NCBI GenBank assembly: GCA_027604505.1
Contig: JADIIX010000056.1
Coordinates: forward strand, 1 to 64,000
Reading direction: 5' to 3'
DNA length: 64,000 nt
Source of the DNA: Gonapodya sp. JEL0774
Lineage: Eukaryota
Part shown: one piece after another, positions 37,904-51,200 of the stretch
Position numbering within the stretch: the first letter of the stretch is position 1
How the letters are laid out: each line of letters starts with the position of its first letter
The notes under the pieces: model-generated
What the model was told of the DNA's origin: nothing
Seen by the model: only the letters and a program-made list of their open reading frames with translations
Databases searched by the model: none
Made by a program: the position numbers and the translations under genes

Positions 37904-39471
37904 CTACTTCCTTCTCCACTCAGGCTGTCTGATATAATCATCGACGCCGACTTCTCCTGGTACTAGTCCAAACCTCGGCGCTTCTCCGGCGGGTACTCGC
38001 TCAGGTGAAGAGGAAGGATCGGTCAAGGCAGCCCAGTGTTCCCGAGCAGAGGCAATTGCGGCGGGGTCGGAGGCCACATAGTTCCACCTAGTGACTTGTG
38101 GAGTATGGTGTGGGTAGGTTCCATTCACAAACGTGTCAGATGCACCGTGTGGTGCCCAGATGGCAAAATGGGTCGTCAATGCCCTCTTGTCAATCACTGG
38201 AAGAGGAACGAATTCCTGACCCACCAGATGTTTCTGTGGCCATCCAGTTTGTTACCTCCAAGCACCACTGCCCTCGCCTTTCTCCCGCTCACTCCCTCAG
38301 GTGCGATCACTCTGACTTCCTCCCCTTCAGGGAATACTCCCAAATGAAATTGTGGCAATCTTGTTTCCTTACCCGTTGCAGACCGAACTATCAAACCACC
38401 TTCGTCCACTGCATACACTGCTCGTTCTTGCGCATCGTGCGGCTTGAGGACCAATCCAGAACCGCCATTCCCAATGCTGCCTACAATGCGGTGAGAGGTT
38501 TGCGGTAATGGTGTGAGCCATGCCGCCGCATACACAGCATCGGGATCCTTGGCGTCCACAGGCGACCCCTTGTCGAAGACTCCCATAACCATACTCGTAG
38601 CAGTCCTGGTGGGACCTATGAGCAGCTTTACACAAGACCCATCATCGAGGGTGACTTCCGGCAGTGTCGATGAAGACGCGTGCTGAAAAGACGGAGGGGA
38701 AGATTCAAGTTGTTTTCCTAGCGCGCACCAGAATTGAAGCCCGTGGAGAGGACGGTGTGGGGAAGACTCGAGATCGGTGCTGGGATCCTGAGATTTGGGG
38801 GAGGCACTGGGATCTGAGGGGTGACATGAGTGTGGTTGTGACTCAATGTGAAAATATTCGAGCAGGACGGGATATATCATTGGGCGAGATGTGATGCAAC
38901 GGAATGAATTGGCACACCCCTGCGACCACCAAGGCCTCACTCCCCCATTTCCTACGAAAAGCTTTAAGCCACAGATTCTTCACATAACACGTCTACAAAC
39001 CATGTACGGGTCTCTCCGAATGCACCACGCCCCAACCCGCGTGCATTATGTTCAGATCCCCAGGGCGAATTATCTGACTAGTTCCCAACGAGTCGCGGTG
39101 GAGGAGAGATCCACGGAATAAGAACGTAACGGTAGAAAGGCCGATGTGAGGGTGAGGTGCAACGGAGAGTGATGGTGGATAAGGGTTTGGAGTTATTGGT
39201 GAACCCATGTGGTCCAGGAAGATGTAGGGGCTGGTGGCGGTAAGGAGATGGTGGTAGTTTGTAGCGAGTGCCAACGTGCATAAGTCCGTTCAATTTGTGG
39301 AGATTTTAAGAGTCCATGATGGTGGTGTTACATATTAGCTTGATTTACGTAAACCATCAACGTGAACACACACCCGACCGCTTGTCTCGGGAATGATGGG
39401 AGCACACGTCTCACTGATGTTCCGGGCACAAGATCTTTAATCTTGGGCTTGATTATCTCGAGAATCGGCAT
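37904..39471 (-). CDS. Pirin family bicupin protein
   Basis: VRRVLPS...[63 protein letters not shown]. Metal ligands H-x-H and H-x-E are intact. Confidence 0.92.
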
Positions 39472-39577
39472 GGGATGACGGATTCGTTGAAGGGATGATT
39501 GACTCACATTCACTTGGCGGACTGCTGTGGTTGGTGCCAGCCCTGGCTTGTTTTTTTATCTCCGCCCCTGGCAAAAT

Positions 39578-40799
39578 ATGGCCATACCTTACATCCCAAT
39601 CGATACGATTCCCCTCCATCTTTCTGTTCTTCACTCACGATCTTTGAACCCTGTAGTTGCCGTCGCCCGAGTGAGGGAAAAGATCGAAGCAGATGACGCG
39701 CTTCCGCAGACAAGGAGATTGCTTGCTCCAGACGTGAGACATCAGCTGGAGCAAGTAGCGAAGGTGTGTTGAGTGAACGTAGAGAACCAAAATTTGGGGA
39801 TGGAGGATGTGGGCGAGTTGGGCGGTGTGTAAAAGGCCTTTGCAAGTTGGGCGGTGACGTGTAATCCAACTAAGTCCAGGGAAGACCCGGGCAGGCCATG
39901 GCTATCCGAGAGACCTGAAGATACTGGAGAGTGGCTACCGAAGATTGTGGAAGTTGGTCCTTCACGGATGTGACTGATAAGCTGGGGAATCAAGAAGGAT
40001 TGGTCGCGCTGTTATCTCAGGATGATTGAACTTCCCTACATGCATCAAAAATACATAGCTAATGGCAGTGATGGAATTATACGAAGTGTGCTCATTCGTA
40101 ACCTCTGCTTGGCCATCCACCCCTCAAACATTATCCTTGCTTACTGGACTTAATGAAAACACACCAATCCAACTGACACTTTCTCTGTTTGTCACTCTGT
40201 GTACGCGCTAGGCACTGGCTGGTGAACTCGAATGGGGCCTGTATACTGGGGACCACCAGTGCTTCCCATCCTCCACCTCACAGTCGAGTGATCTCGCAAA
40301 TGTGAGCGGTGACGAGAAAATTGAAGAAAAGAAAGGAAAGCAAGCGGAAATCGGGAAAAAACGTGGTGACAATGATGAGAAGAAGATCAAGGGGAGAACT
40401 TCGTCGATCGGTTCGGCGTTCCCCCGTACCAACGCCGCCACCTCCGACCTAGCACCAGTGACCGCGACCGTACCAGCTTCCACATTATCTACGTCGACGC
40501 AACTAAAGCACAAAACGAAATCTAAACCCAACTCCTCCTCGCTGACAGCCGCAATCGCGATTCCAGCTTCAACATCCGCCAAATCCAAACAGCGGGAGCA
40601 CGAACATGAGGCTGGCACATCTGATAAGGACTTTGACTCGCGGATAGAGAGGAGCAGCAAAAGGGATGGACTTTCCAGTAGCGCGGTTGGGGTTCAACCA
40701 TTAAAGATGGAAAAACGGGGTTCCGGCGATGTGGGTGCCGAGGAGGAACAGAGAAAGAAAAAGCGGAGGAAGGAGATTAAGCAGGAGAAGCAAAAGTAG
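39578..40799 (+). CDS. Hypothetical two-exon protein with K/E-rich tail, possibly Rpa14/Ker1-like
   Basis: Exon 39578-39763 (MAIPYIPIDTIPLHLSVLHSRSL...VRHQLEQVAK) splices in frame across GT..AG intron 39764-40211 to ALAGELE...KKKRRKEIKQEKQK. The family call is weak. Confidence 0.5.
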
Positions 40800-41247
40800 A
40801 AGTGGAAGCGTGAGGGGTAGATTTGCAATTTGACGAGCTTCTTTAGGGCTCCTGGTGGTTAAAGCTGATTCTGTGAGGGTTATTGCATACTCCATTACAT
40901 AACATACCCAGCTCGCTCCTATCCTCTGAAAATCGTCCTGTCGGCCTGTTTGTTTTGTCAGGAGGGAGCTCATTGGGTGCCGCTGTCGGAACATACGCAA
41001 CGCCGGTCCCAAGCCGTTGAATAAGCAAGATCCTCGCAGAGAAATATCAAACAAGAGTAATATTTACGAGCACTATATCTGAAAGATTCGTGATTACGTA
41101 AGAGTCCCGCTTGGGATATAAACGAAAGCATATATGAAAAGACACAAAATGGACCTATGGTCCAGCGCCCCGTGAAGAAACTCATCCCCGTACAACGGCA
41201 CAGCCACTGATAGATCTTAGTATGGTTCAGTGAGCCGCCTTCTGCTT

Positions 41248-43711
41248 TCACACCCCACCCCAGCCTCCCATCCGCGACCCCATTAGTGGCGTCGCTATTG
41301 ACGCATCTCCAGGGTTGCCGGAAAAATATGTGTCTTGCGACACAGGACCTGTGACAAGAGTAGGCGGTGCCCCCTTGACGTCAAACACGGTCGATTCTCC
41401 AGTCGCCAACGAGGGAGGTGTATCATCGGAGCGAGGCAGTGTGAGTGGAGCACCTTTGACGTCGAAGACACCTCCTACGATATCATTCTCAACACGAGGC
41501 AGGGTAATTGGAGCGCCTTTTACGTCAAACGCGGTGCTCTGGCTTGTAAGTGAGGAGGAGCCGCCGACGAGCGACACGGAGCCTAGGGCGGCACGCTGGG
41601 AGCGAACATGGGAGGCCACTGGGACCGCACGAGACTCGGTGCGAGTGCGCTTGATGGTGTTGGTAGAGGAAGACAGGAAGGGAGCGACTTCATGAAGGGC
41701 GAGGCAGTCAATGGGGCTTGTGATGGGGAAGACATTCAGGCAAAGGGAAATTCCAGAGCGAGTCCACTAACACTCACAAAGCTCCATAAGCTCCCGTGGC
41801 CAGCTGAGAATTCACCATTTCACTTTCAATGGTGCAACAGACAATGTGAGATGAGAAAAGTGATTGATGGAACCTACATTCTTTCCGATTCCCCAGCCGT
41901 CTCTGAATATCCACGTCAAATCGACTCGGTTCCCTTCGAACAAAGCGACCTCATCCTCTTGGGTCGGCGAGTGCTGCAGAAACCACAAACCATCACTTTT
42001 GCTTGATCGATCGCTTTGTCACAGGCTCTGTTGGTTCTGGCAGTTGTACTCACCGCAACAGCAACGGTTATCGGGTTTCCACGGTAGTTGACTGTGCCTT
42101 CAGAAGTCTCCCCATACAAACTCTCAGCATACTTGAAGAACCACTGCGTGAGAAAATTGTAAAAAGGGTGTCGCTGTGAGATCTGAGCAACGGTCACTCG
42201 CAATGGCCAATTGGCTTAAAGAGCACGAACATGAGCGTCCAACGGCCCTGAAGCAGCGGTGGTATCGGTCATTGCCTGCGAAGCTGGGAGAATGGGCATC
42301 GGAGAGGTACCCAACGCCGCCGCTTGAGCGATTGGTGACAAATGCGGCTTCAAGGGCGAAGGTGAGGCCAAGGAATCTATCACGGGTGTCGCGGCCACAA
42401 ACGATGTAGGGTAGGTGGGGCTCCCGAGACCAACACTGTTGGGGCCGGCCAGACCTGATGAGGAAGAGGGCCGGTTCTTGAATGATGGTTTCTCGGTGCT
42501 TGAGCTTAGGATATATTTAATGTTAGTAGGCTTCGCCAACAGCGGAGAACGGTACCTCACTTTTTCTTCCTCATGAACATAACGAGCCCCAAGATTATGG
42601 CAAGTGCGGCAATACCGCCAACAACTCCCCCAATTATCGGACCGAGATTAGTCCCTCCACTCCCACTTGATGAATTTGACGTACCGCCAACGACAGCTGG
42701 TTGGTCAGACGTTTGTGCGGAAACGGATGAGGTGGTTGTGACGGACAAAATCGATACGGATGCAGAACCAGTGTCCATCAACGTCGCGGAACTGGATGAC
42801 GTTGAAGGCGACGAAGAGGCGGCTGATGCTGAGGTAGAACTTGGAGAAGTGCTGGAGAGTATAGACGAGGCTAAATTCAAAATCCCAGGAGAGGGCTTTA
42901 AAATCGCACGATGCTGAGGTGATTGTAACGAATCTCACTGAGGATCGCAGAGGCTGATGTGGACGCAGACGGTGGAGGAGGAGCCACGGAGAGTGTTGAG
43001 GACGTCGCTATAATGAAGGTGATGAGTTGATTATTCCATCACCCATCCATGGCCCGGCTTACCCGGCGGAGGAGGTGGAGGGGCCACAGTTGTAGGTGGT
43101 GGAGGAGCTTTGACAGAGTGGGTTATTGATGAAACAACACTATTCGTAAGTAATCTTCGCCGAGGTTTATTCTGGGATGAGCACTTACGTGGGGCACGTG
43201 TGGTTGCTTCGGTTCGGATTTGCGGCACATGTTAAGTTTCGGTTAAAAGTTGGCAACAAGTACAATATTTCCTTACTAGGCGGGGGTGGAGGAGCTGCAC
43301 AACCGCATAGTGGGACAATCAGATTTGTTAACTCCTTGTTTTCTGGCGTCACGAATGCTTTGATACTTACGCGGAGGAGAGGCGACACACAGAGCATCCG
43401 CGGAATTTCCAGTAGTTGAGACACAAGACTGCCTTGCTCCACAGCAACCACCCACACCGCAACACGCTGCATGGACACATGTGACGTGGGAATGGGCGAT
43501 GAGAGAAGTTGCCACAGAAGGGTGAACGAAGTGTGAACGTACTTCCGTTCGTAGCTGTCACGCACGAAAAGTAAAATCCGGTTGAGACCGGATTTGGGCA
43601 CTGTTTGAAATATTTTCTCGTTCGATTGGACTGTAAAACGATACTCCACAAATTCAGAAGGAATTTCGATAACACATACACAAGTGTAAGAGTTTGGTAA
43701 ACAGCCCGCAT
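41248..43711 (-). CDS. Single-pass membrane protein: Cys-rich N-terminus, Pro/Ser/Thr stalk, TM helix, cytoplasmic SH3; start approximate
   Basis: CCGVGGCCGARQSC segment, poly-Pro and S/T stalk, TM NLGPIIGGVVGGIAALAIILGLVMF-RKK, and spliced SH3 ITVAVA|HSPTQEDEVALFEGNRVDLTWIFRDGWGIGKN|LATGAYGAF|PIDCL. Confidence 0.75.
41363..41535 (-). repeat. Three coding repeats of FDVKGAP(I/L/P)TL
   Basis: Seen directly in ORF 41248..41619: AFDVKGAPITLPR, VFDVKGAPLTLPR, VFDVKGAPPTL. Confidence 0.9.
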
Positions 43712-44039
43712 CTGTTGCACCGGACGTTGGGCAGCTGCAGATGCCGTTTTAGGAACACGTCTTCGTCCATTGGGGCGATCGGGATCTTCAACCCACTAGA
43801 TTTGCCCAGAGGGGCACGTTCCCGTTTGCCTCTCCCACAAGTGGACTGATTTTTCGGAGAGTACTCGAAAAGGGAGAGTCAAGAACACAACTCCACACAA
43901 AATGGTGAAGATCTGCATCTTCGGATGAAGGTTCAAGATGCCCATGAAGTGAGCGGGAGCGAGGAACGGAATATTCCGGCCAACCTGCCGGAAGAAGCCC
44001 TCAGAGACGTGCTACCGCTTGTCAGGCTGCAGGACCTGT

Positions 44040-44112
44040 GTTTATTTCCCCCTCGGCCCCCCCCCCAAAAAAAATAATAACTGAAAAGAAGGAAGGAAAG
44101 AAGAAGAAGACG
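44040..44112. repeat. Low-complexity tract: poly-C, poly-A, then a GAA/GGAA purine run, in a long divergent intergenic region
   Basis: A C homopolymer, an A homopolymer and gaaaagaaggaaggaaagaagaagaag are seen in the sequence. Confidence 0.8.
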
Positions 44113-44995
44113 TCTCCTTTTGCACTAAAAAGGTAGATTCTCTAAGCGTACCGAGACCTGTTGCTGGGTAGTACCTCGAATCAATTACCTGCTTAGAGGA
44201 CAGGTAGCTAGACTACAGCTGTCCGATGGGCTGTCGTCCGCCGTCGATGGGTGTGCTTGTCGGTGGGGAAGGTAGAGTATATGTCACGGTTTCGTTCCGT
44301 GCCAGATCCCTCTCCGTCCCCCCACATGGTACATATATTTACACACGCACCATGACCACATAACACAGCACACGCCCCTCCTTCCCTTTCTAGTGATGAT
44401 TTCTTCGATCGAAATCTAACATACCCCAGAACGCGCCAAAATTTCACCCTTTTCCACACCCGACTTTTGGCACAATTTTATGTGTACCATGTGTAAACGA
44501 AGGTGTGGAAAGGACGAGGACCTTGTCTTGCTCTCACGCTTCCTACAGATCACCAAAGCTGTAGGTTCACCCATGCAACTCTTGAGTGGCCTGCAAATTG
44601 AAAGCAGGGGAAAGAAGCTGCAGAGAGCCATTCTCCCATGAACGGGTAGCTGGAGTTTTGTTAACAGCAATTCCAGATGGCGGGTATGGCATGCTGATGA
44701 CGCAATCTAACAATGAAGATTATAGCAAGTTTCAGGAGGAATAGTTCGCGTGAAAGCAATGACTTCCTTGACTGTCCGAGATGTGACATCCTCTGAGTCA
44801 GAAGTCGCATGCCAGCAATCTGTTCATCTGCAGAGCACCTCGTCGCGAATAAAAATTACTAAATTATGGTTACGGTTAGGGTAGAATTCGACGCAATCAA
44901 AAAATTGTAAGCGAGATATTGAGGAATATCATGTGAAAATGGAAAGGTTGTTGGGTCATGGCAACCTGCCAGTCCCCTACCATAGGAACAAATCA

Positions 44996-47900
44996 ATGGG
45001 TTCAAACAAACCACCATTACGATTTCCTTCGCTTTCAAAGGTCCGGACACCAAGCTCGTTCGAGGCAGGCCCTCAGCAGCCGCTCCGATCCTGGAAGCGG
45101 GAAACGCTCACGAAGGTTCGTCGCCCTTCTTTGATTATATCTATAGCTCTTCATAATCACACGACGCCTCCATCTGGGTTAATCATTTTCGCGATTGATG
45201 CTGTGACTTCTCCATGTTTCTCTTAGATTGTAATAGAACAGACTGAACTTCTGACACAAATTCGGGCTGGAGTTGCCGAGTCTGAGGCCAAGGTTGCTGA
45301 AGTTCTTCGTGTTCAATGGCAGTCTCCGAATTCGGGTGATAGTCCTGTACCTAAAGACGTATTCGAGGAATTTGTCAAGGTGTGTTCTATGCGGTCTGCT
45401 ATTCCGCCATGCCCGTATAACGATGACGTCACTCAACGTTCATTCGGTTCTGGATTCTCCAGTTATTGACGGCTCCGGTTTCAGACGAACCCGCAGACGG
45501 TTGGATAGAAACCGTTCACGAGGTTTTCCTGGTGCTCGACAATGGACACGACCTATTTCATCAGTTTTGCAATATTTTCCTTGGCGTGTCAGTGAGTCTT
45601 TCGCTAATTGCAACTTCCATATTGCAGGGTCAAGTTGCTGTTGAATGTGCGTGGTGATTCGGGTATTCCTCTGCGTTTCAGGATGAAGACTTCCCAGTTT
45701 TCCTCACCTACCTTCAACCACTCCCCGAGGCTGAATCAATCGCGACCGAGACTGCCTCCGCGTACGATGACGTTGATTCAGAAACTCGCTCAAGAATGTC
45801 TGGAGGCCGCTCACGAAAAGTGACATTCGAAGACCTTGATGCCGCCCTCGAAACGGTGGACTGGAATGCCCAAAACTCGAGCGAAGGAGTGGGATTTTCT
45901 GTAGACCCCCGTGATACAGTAATGGAGAGGTCACTCTCTATAGACCGTGCTGATCAAATCAGAACTAGGTCCAAATCTCCTTTGAATCCCAGTATAACGA
46001 CAAAGCGTCGCCCTGTTCGGTCCGCAGCAACGGCGCTCTCCGCAGAACAGGTGAAACCAAAAGAAATCGTGATTCTTGCTGAGTCTGTCTCGGATCATGT
46101 TCACGTTGCTTTGAGAGATCGTGAAGGGGAGATCGATGGGTTGCTCGCCAAAAACAAACAGTTCTTTACCACTGTTGAGTGAGTTCTTCGCAGACATTCA
46201 ACGGCGGTGATTCGAAACGAACTTCAAACAATCCTTCTGGGTTCCAGAAAGACTCTGGATGCCGCCAGGATTCTAGATTTTCACCGTACACTACATACTC
46301 CTCGCAGGCTCATTGGGGACATTGACTGGGTCCACAGGTTGAAAATTGAGGCATTCGCAGAGTCTCCAGCGCTCTTTGCAGCTTTCCGAAAGATGGTTGG
46401 ATATGATCTGGACGAAAACCACGAGCACGCATGTGAGGGGGATGACTCCGACACATTTGATGACAAGCCCGCGCAGGTCGCGGACTTATCACCAGCACTC
46501 CTTAAGTTTCGAAAGCTTCCGGCCGCCAGGAGAGCAGGTGTGACAATACTATATCCTGCTCTCGGTCGGGCATTGCGTGCCCTCTTCCAGAATGACAGTC
46601 GAATATACCAGTCATTGACAACCGTGCTTACAAGCAGTGAGCTTGCCGACGAACGATGGCTGATGGAGATCAGGAGATCGACTGAAAATCGCCCCGGAGT
46701 TCTTGAATTTTTGTCCGAAATCGCAGAATATGGTTGGTCTCAAAATTTTCAAGAGTTGTATGTATCCAGACTCATTTTCTGTGTCGCGTGAAACCTTTTA
46801 GAGAGTTTTTGGGATGAGTCTGATTTGCCCAAGTCATCCGAACCGGTGGATCAAGTCATCTCTGTTCCTGCGCGTGAGGACATCGAATTTCTACGTGCGT
46901 GCGAAGAAGAATATCCGGCATTCTTTAACAAGGTCGCCCGAAACCTTCCTCCGAAGACATTTGACCGATTTACGAAGATCCTCTTCTGCTCGCGAGAAGT
47001 TTTGAGCGATGAAGTGTGAGCAGTATGTTGTTTTGCCCGCACGATGTAAACTCCTTGACGTTAGGTCGAACACCACCACCCTTTCAGATGGCTCAGCATT
47101 ATAGAGACACAATATTTGGGGGGAGATTTCTCCCCCCTTGCCACCGAATTCTTTGCGATTATCGGCGCTACAGTGTCAAGTAACACAACGTCTCGCCCAT
47201 ACACGTCACGCGACCGTGTGTTCACTGATCAACTTTTGGTGGATGAAGACGAACTGAGGAGCTTCGAGGGGAAGCATGCCGAATATTGGAGTGCGGTCGC
47301 TAAGAAGCCCAAAGCTGTTGATCGATTAAAGGAAATCCTGCGTGGACCATATGAGCTTGCGAGTAAGCTTCGCCTTGTATCGTGTCATACTTGAGAGCCA
47401 ACACACTGAAACAATTCGGTGCGTTCTGCTTAGACAACACCTGGTACTCCCGTGTCGCCGATTTCTTTAATGACATCGAGCCGAACCTATACGGAATGGA
47501 CAGCTTATTTGTCCGTTTCTGTACACTCGTTGGAGTACGCAGTGTTCTAAAGTCGGAAGAATCAGCGCCAGTTCCATTTCCAAGTGACGGCACGGAACAC
47601 AGCCCTCTTAGAATCACCGTATCGCCACCTGTCTTTTCTAGAAATTACACGGGTCAAGTTGAATCTCCCGCAATCTTGGCAATCTCGCCCGCCGTTGATT
47701 TTAAGAGGACCTTTTCGCCGACACTTGATGTTTTTCAAGGCGGCGTCACAACGCTTGATGATCTTGAGGCTCCCAGAGTTCGGCTTCCTAAGCTCATGTC
47801 TGATGCGATGTTCTTTTATTTGATGAGAGAAGTCTTAGGCTCTTACTGGCAGCGATTTGTACGTGAATTTATTGATCGACGAGAAGAGCAAAACTTTGAA

Positions 47901-48042
47901 GGACAAAGCACAGAAACCATAATTGAAGAAGTGAGTGAGCTCTGTGCGTCTTGTGTAAGAATGTAATAAGGATTGGTACATTCCTCTACAGGTTATCTTG
48001 GATGTAGGAGGAGACGAGGGACATGACCTGGTTTGTAGATGA
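44996..48042 (+). CDS. Hypothetical multi-exon protein with about 6 repeated helical modules
   Basis: Spliceable exon chain from MGSNKPPLRF to VILDVGGDEGHDLVCR-stop, with a recurring L..(P/S)R..L.D..W...I......F...(V/I)G pattern. Confidence 0.7.
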
Positions 48043-48206
48043 ATTGCTCACTTTGACATCCAGCATACACACATAACTCTTTTAATTGCGTAGTGTCTGA
48101 GATTCTTTTCACTCCTTCGCACAGGGGTTGTTGAACCTTGAGCATCGAAGAAGTGGCCATGTCAGCTGTATTGTGCATACTATATATGAGATATACATGA
48201 AAGTTT

Positions 48207-51200
48207 TCAGAAACCAATCCGAGTCAAGATTTGCGAGTTGGCAGAACTACGTCCAAACTCTTTGTCCCTGATTTTCAATCGCAAAAGCTGTCAGTGAGCT
48301 TGCCAGCTTATCTTTGTAGCAAATGACTCACCATTTGCGAAGAGCTTCAACAATCTCCGCTCGCTCATTCGTGCTCGGCACGACCTTCAACGGGGAATGG
48401 GTCGGTGGGGAGTGATGAACATTAGCGACACTCTTCTTGGAACTGCTGTTTACACATGACTCACTTCCCCACTTTCCAACACGTCAACAAAATGAGCCAG
48501 AGAAAGAATTCTTTTTGTTCCGTGAACGTTAGGCACCAAAATTTGTTGCCTTTAACAGGTATCAGTGTGAGCAAACACTGCACGTAACAATAATGAAATA
48601 CCTCTCTCACCGACCTGATGGCATTCATGGCAGATGCAATGCAGAGGTTCTTGAGGTCAGATCCACTCCAATTGACTGTTTTCTCCGCCACAGCGCCCAT
48701 GATGGACGCTCTCTCTTCCTGCGATTCGCCGACTTGCTCGTCCCTCAACAGAATTGTTAAGATTTCTGTGCGCTCCTCTACGTCTGGAAGATCCACAAGG
48801 ATCCGCCGCGGCAGTCGCCGGAGCACCGCCTCATCCAAATCGTATGGGCGGTTCGTTGCACCCACTACAACAACTCCACTGTTTTCACTCTGGATCCCAT
48901 CCCACTCCTGCATAAACTCATTGATTGTGTTGACTGCCCAGTGCGGTGAAAAGGATCTCGACCGGTTGCGAAGTAACGCATCGACCTCATCGACAAAGAT
49001 CACACACGGACGAAGTTTTCGAGCAAGTGTGAAAACAGCTTTGACACTGAACGTAGTCGTGACATAGGTCAGGCAGGTGACCACGGATGAAGCACCATGA
49101 ACTTTGAGACGTACTTCTTTTCATTCTCCCCGACCCACATACTTTGAATGCTGCTCATCGATATATTCAAGAAGTTCGCTCCTGCTTCTGTTGCGACAGC
49201 TTTAGCTAACATCGTCTTTCCCGTTCCCGGTGGGCCAAAGAGTAGAATCCCCGTTGTCGTTTGCCTCAGAATTCCTGTAGCAAAAAGTTCGGGTCGTAGC
49301 AGTGGCAGTTGAATCAGTTCTGTTACAGTCTGTGTATTTGATTACTTTGTTGAGCAGAAAAACAGGGAGCAGAAAGCGACAGACACTCGTCACACCTGTT
49401 TAGTCTTTTGCATCCCCCCGACAGATGTGAACCCCACGTTCAACTTCGAAGGTTGAACAAGACAGTCCTTCAAAAGCCGTTCTTCGTGCTTATTTAGTCG
49501 TTGTCTGTCACGAGGATCCTGAAATCAACCAAAAATCATCAGTTTCAAATATATAAACAACCGCTCGTGGCCACCGTGTGCACCTTGAAAATGGTAGACA
49601 TTTCGCCACCACCAATCTTGAGGACCTCAGCAGCAAGTAGACCTTCTCGCCAACCACTCCACGCAGATCGAAACTCATCAACGTGCACGTGATGTGATCT
49701 TGCAGCTTCTTGAGCAGTTGTTGTGACTCGCTCGCGAGTCGAGTTCGGAACAGACGACAGTGTCGGGATAACTGACATATTTGTAAAAACTTCTGACAAC
49801 GTCCTTCTTGATGACTCCTTGCGCTCTTTCACACCCATGGCAATAAGCACCAACCTCTCTATCTCGCCCACTGTGAGCAGTTTGTCTTCCAAACTCAGAG
49901 CGGGCTCCACCCGCTCGGCGTCCTCGGAATTTGTGGTGGACCTTGAAATCAAAAGATCCAAAACTTCTTCCTGCGAGAGTCCTTCAAGGTCGCTCCACTT
50001 GAGCACGTTTCTAATTTCCCGTAGATTATGTTGTGCTATGACTGTTCGGTGATCCTCTTCGAGACAAGTGGAGAAGGTTTCCACGTCCATAAATGATTGG
50101 TCTTTGGAAGAAGGAGGCTGAGCCAGAGGCGGAAACACATTGATTCTTAGGAAACCCAGATACTTGTCAAAAGGAGTATCGTATGCGATTTTCCTCCTGG
50201 TTTGGCTCTTTCCTCGCTGTGATCAGATGTCGCAATCAGAAAACCGTCTACGCAACCTTCCTTAGTGAACGCACCTCACTGGAATCGTCACCTCCCAACC
50301 CAACACCATCCTCTTCGTCGGCCTCGTGGGCCCCAGAACTTGCAGGACCTCCACCTGGACCCCTTCGGCCCCCGCCAAGGCCCAGAAGGGCTTCCAGTCG
50401 GCCCTGCGAACTTTTGTTCCTTGTAATAAGTGTAGGAGTGACAGGGACAACGACGATTAAAGATCTCTCCTTGCGAATCTGCTGTACAGCCATAGTAAGA
50501 GCCTGGACGATCGCATCATCAGGAATCGCGTACGGGAAGCTTTCTTCGCCAATGCCATGAGGGAAAGAAGTACTCTTAGCGCCATGAAACGGCTGCGCTG
50601 CAAGGAGAGCCATGAAGTCTTCCCAGAAAATCACAAAAGGTGGTAATGCCGAATTGGGCTTCTGCGAGGGATGTAGAGACTTCGGGATTGCAGGATCCAC
50701 GTTGCACGCGAGGTTCAAGAACGCAAGGAGGTGTTCTGAGAAAAGAGCCGATGAAGAATTTGCAGTGGTGAAGGATGTGGAGTTAGATAATGGAGTAGAT
50801 CTCGGTATCATTGCAGAACCAGAGGCCGAGGAGTTCCCATGGCTTCCCAAAAAATGCACTATTTGCGCTCCTGATCCACCCAGCCCATTCATACCCTCTC
50901 CATATCCTCGGTACCACGGATATGGGACGGATACCGACTGTTCGTCCTCGTCGTTTGTGCCAGAACCATTCGCAAAAAGACCTGCGATTCCGTTGCTTGA
51001 AATTGACAATCCGCCAGGATTGCGGGACCCTGATAGAAACAACACAGAGGGACCAGAAGAGCTTCCACGTCGATGTTGCGGTCGCAACGAGCTGATGATG
51101 CCACCTTGCATGCCAGACGATTGTGAGGAGTTCGAACTTTCAATCTTGATGGAGAGTGCCCGTAACGGTGGAACTGCGATTCAAACTCAAGATTCCTATC

